A stretch of DNA of 64,000 nucleotides from Ginglymostoma cirratum (Eukaryota). Location: the NCBI GenBank assembly GCA_024137785.1, contig JAHRHZ010000078.1, positions 21,247,216 through 21,311,215 on the forward strand. Reading direction: 5' to 3'. Positions 1 to 12,769 of this stretch are shown piece after piece (positions within the stretch are counted from its first letter, which is position 1; each line of letters opens with the position of its first letter). The notes under the pieces are model-generated. The model saw only the letters and a program-made list of their open reading frames with translations. It was not told the origin of the DNA and did no database searches. The position numbers and the translations under genes are program-made.

Positions 1-1239
1 AGTAAGAAGCGAGTTACACATGCATGGAGGAAAGTGAAGGGACTGTAATCAAAATGGAGAACAAAGGACATCAATTTTGAGTCCTAGAAGCTGAAAAGCG
101 CCTCAGTGGAAAATGAGAAATTGTTCCTCCAGATCCTTTGGAACATTGTAGCAAAGGCAGGACAGAAACATTAGCACGGGAGGATGGGAGAATAGGAGCA
201 CCTCTCTCCCCAGGTGCTGCCAGACCTGCTGAGTTTCTCCAATACTTTCTGTTTGTTTTTTTTATTTCAGATTTACAGCACCCACAGTATTTTGCTTTTA
301 TTCCTTACACTGTAGTTGGTTGAAGTTGTTGGGTGAAAAGGGACTGATAATGTGCCTATGTAAAATGTCCTTCACTTGCCACCCAGATCCTACCTAGAAA
401 ATGCAGGAAAGCTCCAGGTAAATCAGATAGATCTCCTCTGAATCCATATGCAGCCATACAACTCTGAATGTCAGCAGCTGAAATCCACATTATATACTCT
501 TAAGTCAAATATTTCATTCAGGGAAAATCAAATCAGGAAGTTGAAGGATGGAAACAATATTTGTATAAGTCCTGGAGCATTAAAATAATTCATTCTTTGC
601 TTGTGGTTGCCATTGGCTAAACTGACATTTACTATCCATCCTGGGCTGCCCTGGAAAGATGCTGGTGGGCCTTCTTCTTTGCACTCTGATATGATTGTCT
701 GGCCTACTGGGCTAATTCAGAGTTCAACTGACAATCAATCACATATTGGGCAGGTTGGTTGAGGACTGTAGATTGACCTTCCTAATGGAGGACTACTGAA
801 CTAATTAGGTTTCTATGATAATGGCCTAAAATTGACCAAAACCTCATGGTCACCCTTACTGATGCCAACCGTTTTTTAAGTTGAATTCAATGTCACATAC
901 TGTTAAAGTGGGAATTTAAACTCATGTCGTCAGGTTTACTGTTTCAGCCTTTTGAGTGAATAGTTTATAAATATAAACACTACAATATCATACACAAGTT
1001 CCAGAACCAGAAATGTATATGGCAGGTAGGTGAACATACTTTGTATCACTTGTCTTATAAAATATTTTTTAATTTTGAACAATGTATTAGGATAAATTAT
1101 GTATATGTTAATTATGGAAGATATAAAATTTATTATAACTGTCAATAACATCATGAATGAAATGGAAATTTCCACAAAATTCATATCATGTTTAATATTC
1201 CAGAAATAAAAAAAAACTTTCTTTTTCTTTTTGTTTCAG

Positions 1240-1267
1240 CAGTAAGAAGTGAATCTGAAATGCCATG
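1240..1267 (+). CDS. Cytoplasmic mini-exon of an upstream B7-like paralog ('paralog 0'; the rest of the gene lies before the window)
   Basis: Acceptor ttgtttcag|, donor |gtaggt. The exon and the following intron start (gtgtgatttcaaatatc) match the mini-exons at 36765 and 59415. Reads ~AVRSESEMP. Confidence 0.7.
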
Positions 1268-1349
1268 GTAGGTGTGATTTCAAATATCAGTTTAGTTTTG
1301 AAGGTTTTCTTTCACTGGTTTCATCATTTTCTTTCTTTGTTTTTATCAG

Positions 1350-2340
1350 ATATAATTTGGTTGATGTATGGTAGAGGCTGCAGTGAATAATTCTGATTTC
1401 TACAATGAGAGCTGCACTGATATCCTGGACTGATTTAAGAACGTTTTTGTGACATGATAATTTGAAATTGGATTTTGCGAACAATGGAAGGTCGATCACT
1501 AGCATTATTTAAAGCACTGTCACTTTCCAATCACTACCTGTACAATGCAATTGTTCAGTACAGTAACTCTGATTTATCTCCGTCACTGTTCTATGCTGTT
1601 TGCTTTCGTATGTAAAGAGATAGTGCCTCACATTGGTTTTCTGCTAACACCAGTAATCGTTGGGTCCTTAAAACAACAAAGCACAGAAACTAGAGAATTT
1701 GACCCTCAACCCAGGCTGGCTGAAAAAGTTTCACTATTTTACAACTGTGATGGTTTATGAATCAGTGAATGACATCATTCGCTGTGTCCAAGAAGAAGAA
1801 AACTATTGGTCCAGCGTACATTCAAAAACCACATCCTGCTGGTTGATAACAGAAATATTGTGAAAGTGGTGTGGCCTGGACTCTACTTCTTGTTAGAAAA
1901 ATGAAATGCCTTTAAAGACAAGAACATTGGAAATATGTAACAGAGAAGGACTCAGTGAAAAAGAACTATAACTTGAATACTTTAAAAACAGTTTTTATTC
2001 TCATTCTGGACTTTTTAAACTCTGTAGTCTTTTTTTGAGTGTTTTTTTGACCATTTCATTGCTGTAACGACACTTAAAATATCTGTACCTAGGTGCCCTG
2101 TACCCAAGATGGCACCAAGGGGCAACCTCACAAACTTGTGCACTCGAATCATTGCAGTGAAATGATGATAAAGGCTATTCTACACAAAAATTTCCTGTCT
2201 TTACAAGATTGGAAATGAATGATTATATTAACACATTACTTACTGTTCATTGCTTAAAAGTCAATCAGGTTGACAGGTTGATTTGGAATTCTATTCTTTT
2301 TTTTGGTATTCTACAAGAGAAATAAATATAACTATGCTTG
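1350..2340 (+). other. Putative last exon/3'UTR of paralog 0
   Basis: Acceptor ttttatcag| after an 82-nt intron (same length as in paralog A). 1610-1720 is recognisably similar to 37170-37280 and 59945-60055. AATAAA at 2321-2326 is followed by T-rich sequence. Confidence 0.55.
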
Positions 2341-2469
2341 TCAAATCTGATGTAATCAAAATTTTGTCATTTTAATGTATATACTATATGTAAATAGACT
2401 TAATAGTTTTGTAATGAAAGGTATGTGATTTATGTAAATATCTTTTAGTTCAGATTTTAAGCTTTTTTT

Positions 2470-2825
2470 AGTCATTCACACGATGGGGACATCACTGGCC
2501 AGGCCAGCATTTATTGCCCATCCCTAATTGCCCAGAGGGTAGTTATGAGTCAACCACATTGCTGTGGGGCTGGAGTCACATGTAGGCCAGACCAGGTAAG
2601 GGTGGCAGATTTCCTTCCCTAAAGGACATTAGTGAACCAAATGGGTTTTTCCTGGCAATCAGCAGTGGGTTCATGGTCATCATTAGACTCTTGATCCCAG
2701 ATATTTATTGAATTCAAATTCCACCATCTGCCATTGGCAGGATTCAAATCCAGGTTCCCAGAACATTAGCTGGGTCTCTGGATTAACAGTCCAGTGATAA
2801 TACCACTAGGCCAATGCCTCTCCTC
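2470..2825 (-). mobile_element. tRNA-derived Deu-type SINE (SacSINE1-like)
   Basis: Same family as the copies at 14355, 22803, 25185 and 47105. Head ggaggcaatggcctagtgg; tail caataaatgctggcc...gaatga. Confidence 0.7.
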
Positions 2826-2891
2826 CTGTATTGCTTAAGATGTTGCTTTCCTTTTGTGAAGGAGTTTCAAAGTTAACTAGGTCAGTCTCTC

Positions 2892-3045
2892 AGAGATAGT
2901 AGGAACTGCTGATGCTGGAGAATCTGAGATAACAAGGTGTAGAGCTGGATGAACACAGCAGGCCAAGCAGCATCAGAGGAGCAGGAAGGCTGACGTTTCG
3001 GTCCTAGACCCTTCTTCAGAAATGCTCTACACCTTGTTATCTCAG
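2892..3045 (-). mobile_element. Solo Penelope-like terminal repeat (pLTR) with a hammerhead-like core
   Basis: Near-identical to the termini of the PLE at 47239-48495. Minus strand reads CTGAAGAAGGGTCTAGGACCGAAACGTC. Ends in a short inverted piece. Confidence 0.8.
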
Positions 3046-3164
3046 TCTTTCAGGGACCTTGGTTTGAACCTTGCCAGAAATAACCTAAGTGTCAATTTTG
3101 ACAAGTTTCATGGAGGGTTTCTCACCAAGACCCCAAAAGGCTTCTCATATAAACTTCCTGAGCT

Positions 3165-6100
3165 TTTGGGGACGTGATAACCTAGTGGTATTATTGCTAG
3201 GCTTATAGCCTATCAATGCAGAAACTCAGCTAGGGAACTGGGTTGGAATCCCACCATAGCAGATGGTGGAGTTTCAATTGATCTTTTTTAAATCTGGAAT
3301 TAAGAATCTACTGATGACTCTGAAATCATTGTCAAAAAAAATCTGTCTCACTAAAGTCCTTCATTGAAACATTGGAAACAGAGAACAGATTTCCCATTTT
3401 TACAAGATTATGCAAATAGATGATGAATACATTATTGACTGTTAATCATTTAGAAGTAAATCAGATTGAACAGTTAGTTCTCTGACATGTTGTTTTCTCT
3501 CCATACCATTCTCACCTGCTCTACCCTATATGTGAACCCCAGACCCACAGCAATGTGGTTGACTCTTAAGTGTCTTCTGAAATAGCCTAGCAAGCCATTT
3601 GGTTGTATCAATCACTACAAAGTCTCTACAAAGAAAAGAAACCAGATAGATCACCTGGTGTCAATCTAGGCACTGGAAAAGACAATGGCAGAAATAGCCC
3701 TGTCAACCCTAGAGTGTCCTTTTGTTTTAGAATCCCAACAGTGCAGAAACAGGCCATTTGGCCTAACAAGTCCACACTGCCCCTCCAAAGAGCATCCCAA
3801 CCAGACCCATTGCCCTACTCCTACATTTCCTATGTCTAACCCACCTAACCTAAACAATCCGTGGACACTATGGGCAATTTAGCATGCCCAATCCAGCTAC
3901 CCTGCACATCTTTGGATTGCAGGAGGAAACCAGAGCACCCAGAGGAAACCCACACAGACACAGGGAGAATTTGCAAACTGCACACAGACAGTCACCTGAG
4001 GCTGGGATTGAACCCGGGTCCCTGACGCTGTGAGGCAGCAGTGCTAACAATTAAGCCACCGTGCCACCTCACTAACATCTGGGGGCAAGTGTCAAAATTA
4101 GGAGAGCTGTTTCAGATTAGTCAAGCAACAGCCTGATACAGTCATATTCACAGAATCATGCCTGACAGACAATGTCCCAGACCACCATCACCATCCCAGG
4201 ATATGCCCTGTCCCATCAGGAGGAGAGACTCAGCAAAGGTGTCGGCACAGTGTTATATGGTTGGGATGGATTTGTCCTGGGAGTCCTCAACATTGACTCT
4301 GCACTCTATGAAGTCTTGTCGCTGTAGGTTAAATATTGGTAAGGAAACCTCCTGCTGATTCCCATGTACTGTCTTCCCTCAGCTGATGAATCAGCACTCC
4401 TCCATTTTGAACAACAGTTGGAAAAAGTACTGAGGGTGGCAAGGGCATAAAATGTACCTGGGTGAGAGATTTCAATATCCACCAACACCAACAGTGGCTT
4501 GGCAGCAGCACTAATAATTGAGCTGGTTGGATCCTAAATGAAATAGCTGCTAGACTGGGTGGTGAGGGAACAAACAAGAGGCTGCAGATGCATCTGTCCA
4601 TGACAGTATCAGTAAAAGTGACCGCCACACAGTGCTTGTGGAGACCAAGGCCCTCCTTTACATTGAGCATATTCTCCATTGTGTGGTATGGCACTATTAC
4701 AATGCTAAATGGGACAGACTTCCAACAGTTCTAGCAACTCAAGATTGGGCATCCTTTGGACCATCAACAGCAGCAGAATTGTCCTAAAACACAATCTGAA
4801 ACTTCATGGCCCAGCAAATCTCCCACTCAAGCATTATCATCAAGCCAGGGGATCAACCCTGGGTCAATGGGGAGTACAACAGGGCATGCCAGGAACATCA
4901 CCAGCCGTGCCTAAAAGTGAGTTTTCAACCTGGTGAAGTTACCAAATAAGATTACTTGCATGCCAAACCACATAAGCAGCAAGCAGCAGGCAGAACTAAG
5001 TGATTCCACAACCAACAAATCAGATCTAAGCTCTGCAGTCTTAACATGTCCAGTCATGAATGGTGGACAATTAAACAATTCACTGGAGTTGGAGGGTCCA
5101 AAAAGATCTTCAGCCTCAATGATGGAAGTGCACATAAGATAAGGCTGAAGAATTTACAGCAACCTTCAGCCTGAAGTGCCAAAAGACAAGGTATCTCAGC
5201 CTCCTCCAGCAGTCCATAGCATTATAGATACCAGTTTTCAACCAGTTTGATTCATTCAAATGGAGGCAGTGGATACTGCAAGGATTATGGCCCTGACAAT
5301 ATTTCAGCAATAGTATTGAAGACTTGTCCTCCAGAACTTGCCTTGCCCTGATCCAAGCTCTTCTGGTTCAGTTACAACATTGGCATCCACCTGACAATGT
5401 GAAAAACTGCCCAGCTATGTGCTGTACACAAACAGCAGTCAAAAGATGTGCAGGTTAGGTGGATTGGCCATAATAAATAGCCCATGGTGTCCAGGGATGT
5501 GCAGCTTAGTCAATTAGCCATGGGAAATGCAAAGATATGGGCACAGGATAGGTGGATAAATCTGGATGGAAGGCTGTTCAGAGGGTTGGTGTGGCTCGTT
5601 GGGCCAAATGGCGTGCTTCTGCACTGTAGGGATTGTGTGATTCTATGAAATCCAATCTAACCTCCCCCATCAGTCTATTCTCGATCCAGTAAAGTGATGG
5701 AAGATGTCATCAACAGTGTTTTCAAGTAGCACCTGCTCAGCAATAACCTACTTACTGACATCCAGTTTGGGTTCCACTAGGGCCACTCAGCTCCTGACCT
5801 CATTCCAGCCTTGGTTCAAACATGGACAGAACAGCTGAATTCCAGAGGCTAGGTGACTGTGACAGCCCTTGATATCAAGGCACATTTGATTGAGTGTGGT
5901 GTCAAGGAGCCCGAGCAAAACTGGAATTAATGGATATCGGGGCAAAATCTCTGCTGGTTGAAGTGAACCTGATACAAAGGAATATGTTTATGTTTGTTGG
6001 AGGTCAGACATCTCAGCTTTAGACATCTCTGCAGGAGTTCTTCATGATAGTGTCCTAGGACCAAATATCTTCAACTGCTTCATCAATAACCTTATCTCTG

Positions 6101-6960
6101 TCATAAGGTCAGAAGTGGGGATGTTCACCAATGATTGCACAAAAGTTCAGCACCTTTCTCAACTCCTCAGATACTTTAGGAGTTCATGTTCAAATGCACC
6201 AAGATCTGGACAATGTCCAGTCTTGGGCTAATAAATGGCAAGTAACATCTGTGCCACAGAAATGCCAGGCAATGACCATCTCCAACAGCACAGGTTATCA
6301 TTGACTAGAAACTCAACAGGACACATCACATAAATGTAATGACTACAAGAGCAGGTCAGGGGCTAAGAATACTGTGGCAAGTAACTCACCTCCTGACTGC
6401 CCAAAGCTGATGCACCATTTACAAGGCACAAATCAGCAATGTGATGGTATACTCCCTACTTGTCTAGATGAGTGCAGCTTCACCAACACTCAAGAAGCTT
6501 CATACCATCTCGGACAAAGCAACAGGTTTCATTGGCATCTCATCCACAAGTATCCATTCCCTCTACCATTGACACTCAATAGCAGCAGTTTGTATGATTT
6601 ACAAGATGCATTGCAGAAATTCGCCGAAGATACTTAGACTATACCTTTCAAATCCGTGATCACTTCCATCTAGAAGGACAAGGATGGCAAATGCATGGGA
6701 ACACTACCACATGCAAGTTCCACTCCAAGTCACTCACCATCCTGACTTGGAAATATATTACTGTTACTTCAGTGTTGCTGGGTCAAAATCCTGGAATTCT
6801 CTCCCTAAGGGTTTTGTGGGTCAACGTACAGCATGCGGACTCCAATGTTTCAAGAAGGCGGTTCACCACCACCTTCTCAAGGATTACTAGAGGTCTGCAG
6901 TAAATGCTAGTCAGCCAGCGATGCCCACATCCCACAAATGAATAAGTAAATGTATAAATA
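3165..6960 (+). mobile_element. Degenerate L2/CR1-clade LINE with a SINE-like 5' head; interrupted by V-SINE insertions
   Basis: Decayed RT motifs (~5750-6140: QFGF, LDIKxxFD, SVLGPxIF-like). Its 3' tail taaatgctagtcagccagcgatgcccacatccc is shared with the Deu-type SINEs. Confidence 0.6.
3728..4068 (-). mobile_element. V-SINE (HE1-like), tRNA-derived
   Basis: Minus strand has A/B boxes (gtggcacggtggct...gggttcaatccc), the central V domain (tgggtttcctctgggtgctctggtttcctcc) and a CR1-type tail. Confidence 0.8.
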
Positions 6961-8439
6961 AAAAACACATCTTATTGCATATACATCACACCCCTATGGT
7001 GCCCCACTCATTGTATTCTCCTACATATCACAACGGAAATAATGGCCACTGGCACGAACTCTGAGGATCCCTGGCATTGGCACCAACTTTAAGACCCAAT
7101 CTTGCACATACTCAAACACTGCCAATTCAGAACTGACCTGCACGGTTGGTTTATTTGCCCCAGACATGTTGGAAACAGGATAATTGACACTGCATTTTGC
7201 CAAAGGAGACTCAGAGGCTTTGTTGGATGGAGGGTGCATGCTTTTCCTGCCCAATAAGCATGTCCTGAGTTGTTAGTGGCTCCTGGAGTTGTGGAACAAA
7301 AATTGGTGGCCTGGTGTTACCTGGTAACTGCTTTGACTTTCATGTTGGGAGTTGTTATGCATTTCTATCCAGCGTGTGGAAAATATAAAACTGCATATCA
7401 GTGAGATGATGTAGCAACAAGTATGCATGTAAACACATTCTCATCACTTGCTGGTCAGGGTCTCATCTCACCATTCGACACTTGGTTGGAAAATGGGACT
7501 TTTTCTCTTGATAATGGGAAACTCTGCACTGCTGATCTCATGCAATTTTCCCAACTTTCTCAACAATACAAGCCAAGATTTTAAATCAGTACATTGCCCT
7601 GGAGTGTTGATAGAAGCTTGTTTGTACTGAGAGGGTCTTTGAGTGGAGAGAGAAAACATTAAGCTATTGGCTTATTAGAAGCTATTATGAGCAAGTTTTG
7701 TTTAAATTTAGTACAAACATTTGAGAATGACCTGATGGGTCAGATGCAAGCCTAGTCTCTCTTAGAAAAGGAAGTTACTCTGAACATTTATCAAAATATT
7801 TTGTCTCAGTGAAAGAATGAAGCTTGTGAAGCTTGCAAAAACAAAAGTCTTTGGTTACATTGGTGCAAGTTATTAAAGGACTGAGGAAGTCTAGGCTCTC
7901 AGTCATAGCGGGCAAAAATAAAAGCCAAATGGCTTATAAGGCTGGAACACAGAAGAAGCAGTTACTTTAAATCTATAGGTTTGATAGGGAAGGAACTTTT
8001 CCGAGTTTTGAGTAAATGCAAAATGACGGTGCTGGGGTGCAAATGGAATATGTTTTGCCACGTGTTTCAAAATCTTTCAAACTATGTTGAATTGAAATCC
8101 TTTTGGTCATCTTCTCATCAAAAATAATTATGGAATTTGCATGTTCATGATTCAGTGAAAGTCCACTATATTAAAAATAAACAAAATATGATCTTTCAAG
8201 CAGGATTTCAATCTAGAATCTGATTTGTCCACCAGCAACATCAGTTCTGATCTTAACAACATTTTAATATGTTCGATTTTGGAGAAGTTTGTTATGTGGA
8301 AAGATTAAGTTTAATGAATGTATTCTTTTGCTTTATCTGCATTTATACAATTACAGGGTAAAAAAAAAAAGAGATAACATGTCCTTAGCATACAAAAATT
8401 GATGCCTTCCAGGTGTTCCTGAAGGGGAGATTTGCTATT

Positions 8440-8992
8440 CAAAACATGTCAGATAAAAATTCTATAAAGTAAGATCTTGGCCATCCAAATCAAAAAGTAT
8501 GTAACTGCATTGAAGGCAGATCAGAGAAGATTCACTAGATTAATTCCAAAGATGAAATACTTGTCTTATAAGGAGAGAGTGAGCAGTTTAGAAGCATAAG
8601 TAAAATGTAATTGAGGTATAAAAAGTGCTAAAGGGGATTGATAAAGTAGACACAGAGGAGATATTTCCCTTGTTGGGTAGTCTAGAACAAGAGATCATAG
8701 TTTTAGGATAAGAAGTGGCAGATATAAATCAGAGATGAAAAGAAATTATTTCTCTTGAAAGGTCCTGAGTCTGCAGAATCTATTATCTGAGAGTGCGATG
8801 GATGCCAGGATACCAAATACATATAAGAAGGAGATAGATTTTTAATTGCTAACGGGTTAAAGGATTGTGGGAAGCAAGCAGAAATGTGGAGTTGAGACTC
8901 AGAAGAGATCAGCCATGATTGTATTGAGAAGCAAAGTAGGTTCAAGGAGCTGAATTGCCTACTCCTACTCAAGGTTCTTACGTTCTTATGTT
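8440..8992 (+). mobile_element. CR1 LINE 3' fragment (degenerate)
   Basis: Remnants of QRRFTRLIP and EVYKxLKG; terminal ttcttacgttcttatgttc repeat. Confidence 0.7.
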
Positions 8993-9119
8993 CAAATAGC
9001 ACATTCTGACTTTGAACAATCTGTCTTTTGAAGCCCATAATCTTAATACAGGCACTAATTTTGTAAAGTTTATCAGTGTCAATAATATTCTTATACATTC
9101 TATCTTTCCCTTTCATGGG

Positions 9120-12100
9120 TGAAATAATGCCACAGAGGCTGGTATCCCATCACCAGGTCACTTTTTATTTATTCATGGAAAGTCCTTGACATTGATCCAG
9201 CTCCCACAGAGCTAGTTCTCAGAGTGAACAGGATGTCTGACACTCCTGTTTTTCTGTCAGCTGGGGCTCCCTCATAGGACCAGATTAACAGCCCCAATCA
9301 GGGAACTCATATTAGAACATCGAACAGTACAGCACAGTACAGGCCCTTCAGCCCACGATGTTGTGCCAAACTTTTACCCTAATCCTAAGGTCTATCTAAC
9401 CTCCACCCCTACCTTATAATATCATCCATATACCTATCTAATAGCTGCTTAAATGCCCCTAATGAGGCTGACTCCACTACCCTCTCAGCAATGCATTCCC
9501 CACTCCTACCACTCTCTGAGTAAAGAACCTACCTCTGATGTCTCCCCTGTATCTACCTTCACTCATTTTAAAACTATGCCCCCTCGTAATAGTTATCTCC
9601 ACCCTAGGAAAAATTCTCTGGCTGTCTACTCTATCTATACCTCTGATCGTTTTGTACACCTCTATCAAGTCACCTCTCATCCTTCATCGTTCTAAAGAGA
9701 AAAGCCCTAGCTCTCTCAACCTTTCCTCACAAGACCTTCCCTCCATTCCAGGCAACATCCTGGTAAATCTCCTCTGCACCTTTTCCAACGCTTCCACATT
9801 TTTCCTGTAATGAGGTGAACAGAACTGGACACAATACTCCAGATGTGGCCGAACCAGGCTTTTGTATAGCTGGAGCATAACTTCACGGCTGTTGAACTCG
9901 ATCCCTCTATTAATGAAAGCTAACACATCATACGCCTTCTTAACAATTCTATCCACCTGGGTAGCAGCTTTCAGGGAACTGTGAACATGAACCCCAAGAT
10001 CCCTCTGCTCCTCCATACTGCCAAGAATCTTTCCGTTAACCTTGTATTCTGCTTTCAAGTTTGTCCTTCCAAAATGAATCACCTCACACTCTTCAGGGTT
10101 AAACTCCATCTGCCACTTCTCAGCCCAGCTCTGCATCCTATCAATGTCCCGTTGTAACCTACAACAGCCCTCCGCATTGTCCACAATGCGACCCACTTTC
10201 GTATCGTCCGTGAACTTTCTAGTCCACCCTTCCACTCCTTCATCCAAATCATTTACAAAAATCACAAATAGAAGAGGACCCAGGACAGATCCTCGTGGTA
10301 CACCACTCGTAACTGAGCACCATGTTGAATATTTTCCGTCCACTACCACCCTTTGTCTTCTAAGGGTCAGCCAATTCTGAATCCAGTCTGCCACACTTCC
10401 CCCTATCCCATGCCTCCTTACCTTCTGCATGAGCCTACCATGGGGTACCTTATCAAATGCCTTACTTAAATCCATGTATACCACAACCACTGCTCTACCT
10501 TCATCCACGTGTTTGGTCACCTCTTCAAAGAATTCAGTAAGATTTGTGAGGCATGATCTACCCCTCACAAATCCATCCACTATCACAAATCAAACTGTGC
10601 CTTTCCAAGTAATCAGAAATCCTATCTCTCAGAGCCCTTCCCAATAATTTGCCCACCACTAATGGAAGACTAACTGGCCTGTAATTTCCAGGGTTATCCC
10701 TATTCCCTTTTTTGAACAAGGGAATGACATTTGCCTCTCTCCAATCTTCCCTCACCATACCCGTGGACAGTGAGGACGAAACGATCATCGCCACAGGGCC
10801 TGCGATCTCTTCCCTCACTTCCTATAGAGTTCTTGGATAAATCCCATCAGGCCCAGGGGACTTATTTATCTTCAACTTCCTCAAATTTCCTAGCACATCT
10901 TCCCTACTAACATCGACCTCCTCTAGCCTACCAGCCTGTTTCACATTGTCCTCCTCTACAACTAAGTCCCTCTCAGTTATGAATACCGAAGAAAAGTATT
11001 CATTAAGGACCTCTCCTATCTCTTTAGGCTCTGGGCACAAATTCCCTTCACAATCCTTGATGGGCCCTACCCTTTCTCTGGTCATTCTCTTATTCCTTAT
11101 GTGCATGTAAAAAGCCTCGGAGTTTTCCTTGATCCTATCTGCCAAGGTTTTCTCATGTCTCCTTATAGCTCTCTTAAGCTCTTTCTTCAGCTCCTTGCTG
11201 GATAACTTGTATCCCTCTAGAGCCTTTTCCGTTCCTTGTTTCCTAAACCTTACATAAGCATGCTTCTTCCTCTTAACCAGTCGTTCAACCTGTCTTGAGA
11301 ATCAAGGCTCCCTCACTCGACCGCATCTTCCCTGCCTGCTAGGGACAAACACATTGAGCACATGCAGAATGTATTCCTTAAACAATCTCCACATTTCAAT
11401 AGTGCTCTTCCCTGACATCATCTGTTCCCAATTTATGTTAGCCAGTTCTTGCCTAACAGAATTGTAATTACCCTTCCCCCAATTATAAACCTTACCCTGC
11501 TGTATGTACCTATCTTTTTCCATGACTATTGTAAAAGTAACAGAGTTATGATTGCTACCACCAAAATGCTCTCCTACCAATGGGTCTAACACTTGGCCCG
11601 GTTCATTACCAAGCACCAAATCCAAAGTGGTCTCTCCTCGTGTTGGTCTATCTCCATACTGTGTCAGGAATCCTTCCTGAATGCACTGGATAAAATCCGC
11701 TCCATCTAAATTATTACAACTAAAAATTTTCCAATCAATATTTGGAAAGTTGAAGTCACCCATGACTACAACCCTGTGACTTCTGCACCTTTCCAGTATC
11801 TGCCTCCCAATTCACTCCTCTACTTCTCTGCAACTATTAGGGGGTCTCTAAAAAGCCCCAACAAAGTGACTGCTCCTTTCTTGTTCTGGACCTCAACCCA
11901 AACTGACTCTGTAGACATATCGTTCTTGAACTGCCTTTCAGTAGCTGCTATATTAACCCTGACTAGCAATGCCACTCTCTCACCTCTTTTCCCACCCTCC
12001 CTATTTCTTTTAAAGCATCTAAATCCTGGAACTCTCAACAACCATTCCTCTCCCTGAGTTACCCAAGTTTCTGTAATGGCCACAACATCGTAGTTCCAAG

Positions 12101-12769
12101 TACCGACCCATGCTCTAAGTTCATCCGCCTTATTTCCGACACTTCTAGCATTGAACCATCACTGTGCTCACAATTATGGTCCATTGACCGCATTTCTTTA
12201 GAAACAACCTCACTCCCTGTTGTGTCCATTGGAAGGCTGAATACCTCATCCTCTGAATTATAAATCCGGTTCCTCACCCCCTGCCAATCTAATTTAAACC
12301 ATCCCGTATAGCTCGAGCAAACCTCCCTTCCAGGATATTCGTGCCCTTCCAGTTCAGGTGCAACCTGTCTTTACTGTACAGGTCCCACCTTCCCCAGAAT
12401 GTGCCCAATTATCCACATAATGGAAGCCCTCCCTCCTACACCAGTCCTGTAGCCACGTGTTTAGCTGCACTCTCTCACTATTTCATACCTCGTTATCACG
12501 TGGCACTGGTAGTAATCCAAAGATAACTACCCTGTTTGTCCTGGACTTCAACTTCCAACCTAACTCCCTGTACTCGTTTTTCACATTCTCTGTCCTTTCT
12601 CTACCTATGTCATTTGTACTGATGTGTACCATTACTGCTGGTTGCTCACCCTCCCCCTTAAGAATCTTGAAGACACGATCCAAGACATCACGGACCCTGG
12701 CACCCGGGGGGGCAACATACCATCCAATTTTATGAGGTCTATCTGGCTGACCTCATTACAATCACTTCA
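9120..12769 (-). mobile_element. Short solo-LTR-like element split by a CR1 insertion (parts 9120-9312 and ~12728-12769)
   Basis: TG...CA termini, AATAAA near the minus-strand 3' end, flanks atggg/ttggg (5-bp TSD, 1 mismatch). The two halves join across the CR1. Confidence 0.55.
9313..12727 (-). mobile_element. Near full-length CR1 LINE (ORF1 esterase remnant + APE endonuclease + RT), frameshifted
   Basis: ORF pieces: VHISTNDIG (CR1 ORF1 SGNH esterase), AITETW, MGDFNFPNIDW, KSPGPDGIYPR, YMDLSKAFDKVPH, SVLGPLLF, FTDDTK, RPHLEYC; 3' tail at 9313. Confidence 0.95.

Noticed and set aside
3990-4068. tRNA-like A/B box sequences
   Set aside because: These are SINE heads without a full cloverleaf, not tRNA genes.
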